The notes below the pieces were generated by a model. It made no database searches, had not been told where the DNA came from, and was given only the letters and a program-made list of their open reading frames with translations. This document shows positions 1 through 8,458 of a stretch of DNA of 64,000 nucleotides, piece after piece. This DNA is from Deltaproteobacteria bacterium. Its GTDB lineage: Bacteria > Myxococcota > UBA727 > JABDBI01. The number at the start of each line of letters is the position of its first letter. Position 1 is the stretch's first letter. The stretch spans positions 36,110 to 100,109 of the forward strand of contig CP066680.1 in NCBI GenBank assembly GCA_016432245.1, read 5' to 3'. The position numbers and the translations under genes were made by a program.

Positions 1-2
1 AC

Positions 3-281
<279 letters not shown>

Positions 282-366
282 AAATTTTTGTTAATTAAGG
301 TAAGAAAATGTAAATGTTTGGTATTAAAGGTTTGCTAAGATATTGCTAAAGGCAGTATTTGTTTTT

Positions 367-395
367 TTGACAGTTTATGCATTTAAAGTTAAAAC
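367..395 (+). promoter_or_regulatory. candidate sigma70-type promoter for nirK (TTGACA-17 nt-TAAAAC)
   Basis: TTGACA at 367-372, a 17-nt spacer, then TAAAAC at 390-395, about 40 nt upstream of the nirK start. This is pattern match only in AT-rich DNA. Confidence 0.3.
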
Positions 396-432
396 AAATG
401 CAATATATGTAATTTATAAAATGGAGAGAAAC

Positions 433-1443
433 ATGAATATTTTTAAGGGTCTTTTAATATTGGGTGCAATGAGTCTTGGTGCTTTTGCTGCGCCAAGTCT
501 TGAAGTTGAAGAGGCTATTTTAACAGATGCCCCATTTGTACCACCTTATATTTCTAGAAAGAATTCGAAGAAAGTGGTGGTAAAATTGGAGTGCAAAGAA
601 GTAGATTCTGAAATCGCAAGCGGGGTATTTTATAAATATTGGACATTTGGAGGGAAAGTACCAGGTAAATTTATCAGGATAAGAGAAGGGGATGATGTAG
701 AATTTCATTTAAGCAATTCATCAGAAAGCACAGTAGCTCATAACATTGATCTGCATGCTGTAACAGGACCAGGTGGAGGAGCTGCAGCTACAGCAACACA
801 ACCGGGGTTGACTTCTGTTATGAATTTCAAAGCCTTAAATCCAGGGTTATATGTATATCATTGCGCGACACCGCCGGTAGGTCTACATATTGCAAATGGA
901 ATGTATGGATTAATTTTTGTGCAGCCTAAGTCTAACTTTAATAAAGTAGATAAGGAATTTTACTTAATGCAAGGAGACTATTACGTAAAGGGTGCATCTA
1001 TGGAAAAAGGATTTCAAGAATTTGACATGGATAAAGCATTGGATGAACTGCCAGACTATGTTTTTATAAATGGATCATTTGCCAGACATGCAGCAGAGCC
1101 TAATCAGTTAAAAGCAAAAGTTGGAGATACCATTAGGATGTTTGTTGGAAATGGTGGACCAAATTTGGTTTCCTCATTTCACGTAATAGGTGAAATTTTT
1201 GACAAAGTATATATTGAAGGTGGTTCCGCTATAAATAAGAATGTTCAAACAACACTTATTCCAGCGGGAGGAGCTGCTATTGTTGAATTTAAAGTTGAAG
1301 TACCAGGACTGTATGTCTTTTTAGATCATTCTATTTTTAGAGCATTTCATAAGGGTGCGCTTGGCATTTTAAAAGTTGAAGGATCAGAAAATAAATTTGT
1401 ATTTGGTGGAAGAGATCTAAATAAATCTTCTGCAAAAGAATAA
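433..1443 (+). CDS. nirK: copper-containing nitrite reductase, class II AniA-like NirK
   Basis: Type 1/type 2 Cu ligand motifs are present: [12 protein letters not shown] and [42 protein letters not shown] and [14 protein letters not shown] are near-identical to neisserial AniA as I recall it. Signal peptide [27 protein letters not shown] sits 6 nt upstream of ATG 433. ATG 421 is an alternative start. The track start at 343 would run through the predicted promoter. Confidence 0.9.
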   Translation: MNIFKGLLILGAMSLGAFAAPSLEVEEAILTDAPFVPPYISRKNSKKVVVKLECKEVDSEIASGVFYKYWTFGGKVPGKFIRIREGDDVEFHLSNSSESTVAHNIDLHAVTGPGGGAAATATQPGLTSVMNFKALNPGLYVYHCATPPVGLHIANGMYGLIFVQPKSNFNKVDKEFYLMQGDYYVKGASMEKGFQEFDMDKALDELPDYVFINGSFARHAAEPNQLKAKVGDTIRMFVGNGGPNLVSSFHVIGEIFDKVYIEGGSAINKNVQTTLIPAGGAAIVEFKVEVPGLYVFLDHSIFRAFHKGALGILKVEGSENKFVFGGRDLNKSSAKE

Positions 1444-1468
1444 AAAAAATATTACGGCTATTTTTATG

Positions 1469-1492
1469 GCAGGAAAGCTTTAGCTTTCTTGC
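1469..1492 (+). other. 10-bp stem / 4-nt loop hairpin between nirK and the cytochrome gene (no U-tract)
   Basis: gcaggaaagc (1469-1478) pairs with gctttcttgc (1483-1492) with one G-U pair; the loop is ttta. It is followed by tataggcc, so it is not a classical intrinsic terminator. It could be an attenuating or processing hairpin. Confidence 0.3.
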
Positions 1493-1543
1493 TATAGGCC
1501 ATGTTGCATGTTGCAAGTGTGTGTAAATTAGGTGTCATAGTCT

Positions 1544-3895
1544 ATGTCAGAAGCAAAAATACGCATATCTCAAGTAATAAGGCAAGGTCCTTATTTCGTT
1601 ATCTCATTTTTGATTTTTTTTCTTGTAAATCTTTTATTGTTTTTTACTTTTTTATCAGAAGAAGAAGCTTTAAATCGTAGGATAGCTGTATCAAATACCC
1701 GATATAAAGGCATAAAAGATTCTCTTTTTTCTAAATTATATAAAGAAGGGGCAGAATTATGGAGCATAAACTGCAAATCATGCCATGGGAAGCTTTATTC
1801 AGGACCAAATGTTGCAAACACTAAGTGTTTTTATGTGGATAATTATTTTTCGCCACTTGAACGAATGAGCTTTTCTTGTTTTTTGCATGGAAAGGGCTTG
1901 TCGGATGCTTTTTACAATTTACTTATTAAGCAGGAACCTTTTATTTCTTTTGATTTTCAGGATAGATCAAGTAATTTTATATTAAAAAGTATATGTTTAG
2001 GGTGCCATACAATTGGAGCAGAGGGTGGACGTGGAGCACCGCCTTTAGATAATTTGAAAGATCGTTATACAAGAGAATCTTTAACAGAATGGTTAAAACA
2101 TCCTCAAAAAATTGTTAGTAAGACCTTAATGCCTAATATACCTATGACAGATAGTGAATTAAAGGAGATTGTAAACAGGCTTTTGCCTGAAAAAGAGATA
2201 GGAAATAGCGATATGGTATTTAGAAATAAGTGTACTAGCTGTCATTATATTTCTTCATTTAACCCTATTGAGGAAGTAAATGTTTCAAAAAAGAATCTAT
2301 TTCATTTATTCAAAGGTAAAACGCATGAAGAATTAACGCATTATCTCGTGAACCATATTAAGCAATTGAACAAGGAGAATAATCCAGAGTTAAGGTTTAC
2401 GTTCAATGAAGTAAGCGATTTGTCTAAGGAATTATTGATGAAAGCGCCTCCTGCTATATTGTACGAGTCATGTTTAGCCTGTCATTCATTTAGGGGGGAA
2501 GGAAATGGGTTGTATGCATTGGAAGCGGCTTACATGCCTTTTGGCATGAAATATCAGGATTCCGTGAATATGAAATTTCATGATAAAAGGATAGATTCTT
2601 TAGATTTAATAAAGAAGATTAAGAACATTGAAAGTATTAGTAGTTTAAATAAGAGGAAATCTACTTATTTAAATCATTTAATTCATTCTTTAAATGGAGA
2701 TGAGACTATAGGAATCTTGCAAAATTCAGATAGAAAACATATCTTTTTAGAAAAATCTTATCAACTTTTGCTAGATAAACGAAATCATGTTCAAGAAGAA
2801 ATTAGAGACATAGATCATCACGCAAAAAAGACTTATTTAATTAATTTAAGTACGCGATATGATGATAGTCAAAAAAAAAGATTAGTAAAGCGGTTTTATA
2901 ATGCATGGAAAGAACAGAGTCTTAAGGATTTCTTAGAAGATCCAATATTGTATGATGCAAAAAAGCAAATTAGATATGTAGCTGCAAACATTCCGTTAGA
3001 AATGCCAAAGCCGCATATGGATCAAGATGAAATGAATCAATTGGTAAAATTTTTAAGTGAAGCAGGAGAGCATTCGTCTGCTTTTATGGAGAAACTAGAA
3101 CGAGGACGGTGTTTAACTTGTCATACAGAAAATGATTTTTTGGGAGGTACATTAAATAAAAAAGAGAGATCAATTATTTCATCTGATAATATTAACCCAT
3201 TTCCAGTAAGATATCAGAATAGTGATGGTAAATATGGTATCGATTTCGTTGATCCAAGCTTTGATTTGCAAAGCCATATTGTTCAAAAAAGGATTGCTGT
3301 AGAGGCACAGGAGACACAGGACTTAAAGAAATTTTTATTAAACATAAATTCTAAAGCGATAGAAATTAGTAAAGCATTTTTGGAAAATGGTTGTATTATT
3401 TGTCATCCATTCTTTTTTAGTGATTTAACAATGCAACAAAGGGCGTTGAAAAATAATATAAATTTGAAAGAACTTAAATCAGAAGTTATATTTAAAAGCA
3501 CTTTTTCTTTAATGAATATTGAACGGTTTATTGATCAACATTATAAAGAGTATAAAAAATATTTAAACAAAGAACTTGTTGGTTGTGATGTTAAAGATAT
3601 GGATAATGATACAGTGCATAAAATTCGAAATTTCTTAGGAAAAATTAATGAAGGAGCTAAAGTCGCACCTGTAGTTTATTCTTCAAAAATGTGTAGTGCT
3701 TGCCATCGTATCGACAATAAAGGTGGCGTTATAGGGCCTGATTTGTCGCATATTGGAAAAGAGCGAAGTAGTGAATATTTAAAAGTCTGGTTAAGGAATC
3801 CTTGGAACGTTAAGAGAAATACAAGAATGCCTCACATTAATTTAACAGAAAATGAAATTCAGGATTTAGTTGTGTTTTTATCATCTTTGAAGTAA
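1544..3895 (+). CDS. membrane-anchored multihaem cytochrome c (seven CxxCH motifs), function unknown
   Basis: CxxCH motifs at C77, C151, C230, C310, C523, C617 and C717 of the 783-aa product. N-terminal hydrophobic helix YFVISFLIFFLVNLLLFFTFL. Modules 2 and 7 look like class I cytochrome c (CLGCHTIGAEGGRGAPPL...TLMPNIP and CSACHRIDNKGGVIGPDL...TRMPHI). An SD-like AGGTG lies 9 nt upstream. Confidence 0.8.
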   Translation: MSEAKIRISQVIRQGPYFVISFLIFFLVNLLLFFTFLSEEEALNRRIAVSNTRYKGIKDSLFSKLYKEGAELWSINCKSCHGKLYSGPNVANTKCFYVDNYFSPLERMSFSCFLHGKGLSDAFYNLLIKQEPFISFDFQDRSSNFILKSICLGCHTIGAEGGRGAPPLDNLKDRYTRESLTEWLKHPQKIVSKTLMPNIPMTDSELKEIVNRLLPEKEIGNSDMVFRNKCTSCHYISSFNPIEEVNVSKKNLFHLFKGKTHEELTHYLVNHIKQLNKENNPELRFTFNEVSDLSKELLMKAPPAILYESCLACHSFRGEGNGLYALEAAYMPFGMKYQDSVNMKFHDKRIDSLDLIKKIKNIESISSLNKRKSTYLNHLIHSLNGDETIGILQNSDRKHIFLEKSYQLLLDKRNHVQEEIRDIDHHAKKTYLINLSTRYDDSQKKRLVKRFYNAWKEQSLKDFLEDPILYDAKKQIRYVAANIPLEMPKPHMDQDEMNQLVKFLSEAGEHSSAFMEKLERGRCLTCHTENDFLGGTLNKKERSIISSDNINPFPVRYQNSDGKYGIDFVDPSFDLQSHIVQKRIAVEAQETQDLKKFLLNINSKAIEISKAFLENGCIICHPFFFSDLTMQQRALKNNINLKELKSEVIFKSTFSLMNIERFIDQHYKEYKKYLNKELVGCDVKDMDNDTVHKIRNFLGKINEGAKVAPVVYSSKMCSACHRIDNKGGVIGPDLSHIGKERSSEYLKVWLRNPWNVKRNTRMPHINLTENEIQDLVVFLSSLK

Positions 3896-3907
3896 AAATG
3901 GATTTAT

Positions 3908-4681
3908 ATGAATATAACATATTATAGAGAGATAAATGGAGAGATTGATCTGTTTAAGTGTTGTTATCAACAGCAATTACCTTTGTTGATTAAGGGGCCC
4001 ACGGGATGTGGAAAGACGCAATATGTAACAGCGATGGCTGAATATTTACAGAGACCATTGATTAAGGTGTTATGTAATGAGGATACAACAGCAGGAGACC
4101 TTTTGGGTAGGTTTTTATTGAAGAATCAAGAAACGATATGGCAAGATGGACCAGTTACAAGAGCGGTAAGGGAAGGCGCAATTCTTTATCTGGATGAGAT
4201 AGCGGAAGCTAGGGAGGATGTTATAGTGGCTTTGCATCCCTTAACAGATCATCGACGAGAGATTTATATTGATAAAATAAATGAAACAATAAGGGCGCCG
4301 TCGAATTTTTTTTGTGTTGCAAGTTATAATCCAGGATATCAAAGAGGAATTCGGGATTTGAAGCCATCTACTAGGCAGCGATTTGTATCTATATCGTTTT
4401 CTTATCCTTCAATAGATGTAGAGAGTGAGATTGTGATTCAATTAACAGGGATACCGATTAGATATGTAACGTGTTTGGTAAAAATGGCATCGGCTATTCG
4501 CAGTCAAGCAGAATTAGGTTTGCGAGAAACAGTTTCCACAAGACTTTTAGTTAATGCAGCTCTATTAATCAAAGCAGGAATGGATCCTAGAGATGCCGCA
4601 TACATGGCAATTGCAGAAGCGTTGACTGATGATAAAAGAACATTAGATTCCTTAAAACAGTTAATATCATTTTCTTTTTAA
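3908..4681 (+). CDS. norQ: NorQ/NirQ/CbbQ-type MoxR AAA+ ATPase
   Basis: Walker A GPTGCGKT and Walker B ILYLDEI. The DGPVTRAVREGAILYLDEIAEAREDV, HPLTDHRR and SYNPGYQ...LKPSTRQRF blocks match denitrification NorQ. Confidence 0.9.
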   Translation: MNITYYREINGEIDLFKCCYQQQLPLLIKGPTGCGKTQYVTAMAEYLQRPLIKVLCNEDTTAGDLLGRFLLKNQETIWQDGPVTRAVREGAILYLDEIAEAREDVIVALHPLTDHRREIYIDKINETIRAPSNFFCVASYNPGYQRGIRDLKPSTRQRFVSISFSYPSIDVESEIVIQLTGIPIRYVTCLVKMASAIRSQAELGLRETVSTRLLVNAALLIKAGMDPRDAAYMAIAEALTDDKRTLDSLKQLISFSF

Positions 4682-4737
4682 TTAAAGAAAGGGAGGTTTC
4701 CAGTATTTTTGAAAATATATTAAAAGAGATTGGGCTT

Positions 4738-6324
4738 TTGCGCCAAGAAGGAAAAGGTAATTTTAATGCTTCTTTAGAAGAAAATATTTTAACTTTAAAA
4801 TTATTAAGCTCAGCAGTTACTTTCGGAAATATATTTGAACTTAGAAATGGAGAAAGGCCGAGTGTAAAAGGTATGCACTTGACGGTAGTTAATAATTTGA
4901 ATTTAAATCGAGAATATTGTTTATTTGTATTATATCATCAAACATTTGTGGGAAGTGTTTCTTTTTTATTTCAAATGCAATTAGGGAAAGATATTTTATT
5001 TCATTATTTATCCTACATTTTTAGGGGTTACAAAAATTGGTATTGTAAGAATAATTGCGGGAAATCTTTTGATGTGTTTTTTGTAGAATATAGAGGGCAT
5101 GATATTTCTTTAAATGAACAATCTTTAGGAGAAACAAATTCTTGGCATGATCATAAAAAAGATGAAAAAATATCTCAATTTCAAGATGTAGAAGATGCTG
5201 ATGGTCCTTCCAAAGAAAAAGATTTTTTAATGCATTCTTTTGAGTCCCTACATACTGCAGACTCTTACTCAAATCAATTAAATCCGTTAGATGATGAATC
5301 TGCCGAAGAAGAATCTTCAGATTTAAGCGAAATTACATTAAAGAGAAGTTCACAAGAGAAAAAAGTCGTTTCATTTTATAAAGCAGACGATGTAGGAGTT
5401 TCTTCATTTAAGAAATCTAAACTTTTACCCCATAGAAAGAAAGAAAGTTTATATTATCCAGAATGGAATTTTAAGCAAAAAGGGTTTCAATCTAACTTTT
5501 GTAGGTTGTATGAGATAATACAGGAGGATCGATTAGGCAATTTTGAGTGGAAAAGGCAAATATTGAAAAAATATGGAAGCTATTGGAATCGATGGGATAA
5601 TTTATTTTTGTTTTTCAATGATCGTATAAGAGAGAAAAAACAACTTGAAGGAGAAGATGTAGATATTGATTTATATATTAGATATTTGTCTGATGTGATT
5701 AGTGCAGGACATGGAGATTCTCGAATTTTTCAGAAATTGAAAAGAGGGAAACGAGATATATCTACATTAATTCTATTGGATCAAAGCATGTCAACAGGAA
5801 CATATATAGGGAATCAAAAGGTTTTAGATATAGAGCTAGAAGGGTTAGGAATCGCTGGTATTTTATTTGAGAAGTTTGGAGATTCCGTTTGTGTAGCAGG
5901 GGCATGGAGTGAAACTAGGAATCATTGTTATTTTCAAATTTATAAGAATTTTACGGATGAATGGAGTGATTTTTTTCAAAAAGCACCTTATATTGAGCCA
6001 GTGGGATATACAAGATTAGGCCCATCGATTAGGCATTCTATAAATTTATTGAAAAAAACACGGTCAAAAACAAAACTTCTTTTGTTATTAACCGATGGAA
6101 AGCCAACAGATTGTGATTTTTATGAGGGGATGTACGGCATCGAAGATATTCAGCATGCATTTAAAGAAGCAAGGCAACATGGAGTTTATGTTAAAGCTTT
6201 AACGATTGAAAAAGAGGCAAAAAAATACTTTCCATTGTTGTTTGGGAATAGAAATTATGAAATTGTTACTGATCCTAAATGTTTTCCAGACCATTTGTTG
6301 AGGTTGTATCTTGGAATTCTTTAA
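4738..6324 (+). CDS. norD: NorD-type von Willebrand factor A protein
   Basis: C-terminal VWA domain with MIDAS DQSMS, and LLLLTDGKPTDCDFYEGMYGIEDIQHAFKEARQHG, which is typical of NorD. The start is uncertain. The TTG at 4738 lies 42 nt downstream of a strong GGGAGG (4691-4696). An in-frame ATT at 4705 has ideal spacing but would be a rare start codon. Confidence 0.85.
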   Translation: MRQEGKGNFNASLEENILTLKLLSSAVTFGNIFELRNGERPSVKGMHLTVVNNLNLNREYCLFVLYHQTFVGSVSFLFQMQLGKDILFHYLSYIFRGYKNWYCKNNCGKSFDVFFVEYRGHDISLNEQSLGETNSWHDHKKDEKISQFQDVEDADGPSKEKDFLMHSFESLHTADSYSNQLNPLDDESAEEESSDLSEITLKRSSQEKKVVSFYKADDVGVSSFKKSKLLPHRKKESLYYPEWNFKQKGFQSNFCRLYEIIQEDRLGNFEWKRQILKKYGSYWNRWDNLFLFFNDRIREKKQLEGEDVDIDLYIRYLSDVISAGHGDSRIFQKLKRGKRDISTLILLDQSMSTGTYIGNQKVLDIELEGLGIAGILFEKFGDSVCVAGAWSETRNHCYFQIYKNFTDEWSDFFQKAPYIEPVGYTRLGPSIRHSINLLKKTRSKTKLLLLLTDGKPTDCDFYEGMYGIEDIQHAFKEARQHGVYVKALTIEKEAKKYFPLLFGNRNYEIVTDPKCFPDHLLRLYLGIL

Positions 6325-6530
6325 GGCGAGAAGAAATGATATCTTTCTTATTCAATGATATGTCTTAAAGGTGAAAATTAGGCAAGATAAATGAGCGGGC
6401 TACTTGATATGTTTTGACGTTGAGCCTTGGTCATAATAGTAAAAGAGGATCTCTTTTCGAAGGTATTTATTGTTATAAAAATGAAAGGCTCTGAATTTAG
6501 AGAATAGCATGGTAAATTTTATTTTTAAGG

Positions 6531-7421
6531 TCATTTTTTATTTATTTTTAGTAAGTTTTGTAAGTTATTAATTTTTGAAATTAGCATAATTAAACGGTCG
6601 AAACCTACGGAGATACCTGATGTTGAATCTATTTTTGATAATTCTTTTATGAAATTAAAGTCTAAAAAGGAGGATTTTTTTTGTTTTTTCATTGTATATA
6701 AAAGACGCTTTTCTTGCTCAATTGGATTGCTTAGCTCTTGAAAGGCATTGGCTAATTCTACTCCGTTGAAATAGATTTCAAATCGGCTTGCCCATAGTGG
6801 ATTTGAGGAGTTTAATTTGGCAAAAGAAGAAAATTGATTTGGCCAATTCATAACAACACATGGAGTTGATAATCCAATTTGAGGTTCTATTATAGTCGAC
6901 ATAATTAGTGAGAAAACATTATTGAAAGTGTCATATTTTAAAGTTGTAATTCCTTTATCAAAAGCTTTTTCGGGTAAATTATTTTGCTCAAGAGACAATT
7001 CTAAGTCGATATCCACAATCGTTTTCCATAGATCATTTAATGTTTTTTTTTCAAACTTTTTATAAAATATTGTAGGGGCTAGTTTGGAAAACAATAATTC
7101 ACAGTCTTGAATTAAGTCATCTAGGGTTGCACTTGACCTATACCATTCTAACATTGTAAATTCAGTGAGATGAAGGTTATCTTCAATTTCATTTCGAAAA
7201 ACATGTCCTAATTCATAGATTTTATTATAATTGACGGATAATATTTTTTTTAAATAAAATTCAGGACTTGTTCTTAGTTCTTGACCATTTATTGTAAGGA
7301 TGGGTTTAATGAATTCTTCTGGAAAATTTTTTATTAAGATGGGAGAGTCTATTTCAAGAAATCCTTGATTATCAAAAAACGAGCGTGTTATTTGTTTTGC
7401 TGCATGTCTATCAAATAGCAT
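6531..7421 (-). CDS. epmA: EF-P lysine beta-lysyltransferase (truncated LysRS class II paralog, PoxA/GenX)
   Basis: Class II aaRS core without an anticodon-binding domain: FLEIDSPIL, VFRNEI, EIYFNGVELANAFQELSNPIEQ and GISVGFDRL. I set the start at Met18 of the track ORF (ATG at 7421) because the upstream part of the ORF lies inside tRNA-Ser. Confidence 0.75.
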   Translation of the reverse strand: MLFDRHAAKQITRSFFDNQGFLEIDSPILIKNFPEEFIKPILTINGQELRTSPEFYLKKILSVNYNKIYELGHVFRNEIEDNLHLTEFTMLEWYRSSATLDDLIQDCELLFSKLAPTIFYKKFEKKTLNDLWKTIVDIDLELSLEQNNLPEKAFDKGITTLKYDTFNNVFSLIMSTIIEPQIGLSTPCVVMNWPNQFSSFAKLNSSNPLWASRFEIYFNGVELANAFQELSNPIEQEKRLLYTMKKQKKSSFLDFNFIKELSKIDSTSGISVGFDRLIMLISKINNLQNLLKINKK

Positions 7422-7428
7422 ATAAAAT

Positions 7429-7517
7429 CGGAGCGACCGGGATTCGAACCCGGGATGAAATAATTTTCTCATACGCGCTTAGCAGGCGCGCGCCTTCAGC
7501 CACTCGGCCATCGCTCC
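7429..7517 (-). tRNA. tRNA-Ser (anticodon GCU)
   Basis: Minus-strand sequence ggagcgatggccgagtggctgaaggcgcgcgcctGCTaagcgcg... folds as a cloverleaf. It has a long variable arm, T-arm gggttcgaatccc and a 7-bp acceptor stem. No CCA is encoded. Confidence 0.9.
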
Positions 7518-7789
7518 ATGTATATGGTATGTATTAAAAAAAGCACAGTCAAGTAAGATTTTAATAATATAATTGTTGTTTTAAGGTATCTGTTTATATT
7601 ATTCTTTTTAAAGGAGTTGATTTTTATGAACATACAGAATATTTCTCAAGGTATGGCTGATTTTAGGGAACTGTTTATTTTTAATTTTTAGTTAAAAGCA
7701 ATCTGTTTCTTGTTATTGGCATTGTTCAAATGGTTTTAGAAATATAAAATATTGTTTGAACTATATCTGACAATCAGGAGATGTTTTTT

Positions 7790-8437
7790 ATGGGATATTT
7801 GAGTTTAAAAAAGTTTAATAATATGATTGGTATAAAATTTGGGGTAGCACTTTCAGGAATTATATTGTTTCTATTTTTAATAGTGCATGTTATTGGAAAT
7901 TTGCAAGTTTTTTTAGGCAAGGAGACATTTAATGCATACGCTAGAACATTGCATTCTTATCCAATGTTAGTGTTTGCAGCAAGAGTTTTTATTGGTTTTA
8001 TATTTTTGATGCATATCTTTTTAGTTTTAGTTTATTATTTAAGGCTTCCTAGGGGGGCTCGCTATAATACCTATCGATATAAAGTAGCATCTGTTGAAAC
8101 GGCCGCATTTTCGAAAATAACTTTTTACACGGGAGTTTTTGTTTTCGTATTTGTAATAGCGCATATATTACACTTTCCGATGCATAGCCAAGATGACCTT
8201 TATTTATTAGTAGTTCAAAGTTTTAAAAATGAGTTTATTAGTGGACTTTATTGTATAGGCATTTGGTTCTTATATTTGCATTTAGCTCATGCATTGAGAA
8301 GTTTACCTCAGACTCTTGGAGTAGCACATTTTGATGATCGAGGTATTTTGAAAAAGATCGGATCTAGTTTGGCTATATTAATTTGTTGTTTTTTTATATT
8401 AATACCGATATCGATATTGTCGGGTTTAATTAAGTAA
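7790..8437 (+). CDS. sdhC: succinate dehydrogenase/fumarate reductase cytochrome b subunit (b558-type, five TM helices)
   Basis: Hydrophobic ~215-aa protein with conserved His residues, immediately upstream of sdhA and sdhB. AGGAG at 7776-7780 fits ATG 7790 (9-nt spacing). It does not fit the track start at 7781. Confidence 0.75.
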   Translation: MGYLSLKKFNNMIGIKFGVALSGIILFLFLIVHVIGNLQVFLGKETFNAYARTLHSYPMLVFAARVFIGFIFLMHIFLVLVYYLRLPRGARYNTYRYKVASVETAAFSKITFYTGVFVFVFVIAHILHFPMHSQDDLYLLVVQSFKNEFISGLYCIGIWFLYLHLAHALRSLPQTLGVAHFDDRGILKKIGSSLAILICCFFILIPISILSGLIK

Positions 8438-8458
8438 GTTGTTAAGGAATAAGTTTAT

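Noticed and set aside
378-402. Canonical NsrR operator upstream of nirK
   Set aside because: The half-sites resemble NsrR halves, but they are 11 nt apart instead of adjacent. I report it only as an unassigned inverted repeat.
7422-7472. N-terminal 17 codons of the track ORF 6531..7472 (MRKLFHPGFESRSLRFY)
   Set aside because: This stretch lies inside the tRNA-Ser(GCU) gene (7429-7517) on the same strand. The EpmA-like sequence begins at the next Met.
7626-7691. 21-codon ORF (MNIQNISQGMADFRELFIFNF) with AAAGGAG 9 nt upstream, in the 270-nt leader of sdhC
   Set aside because: It could be a leader peptide or small protein. However, short ORFs with purine-rich upstream runs arise by chance in AT-rich spacers, and I have no conservation or expression evidence.
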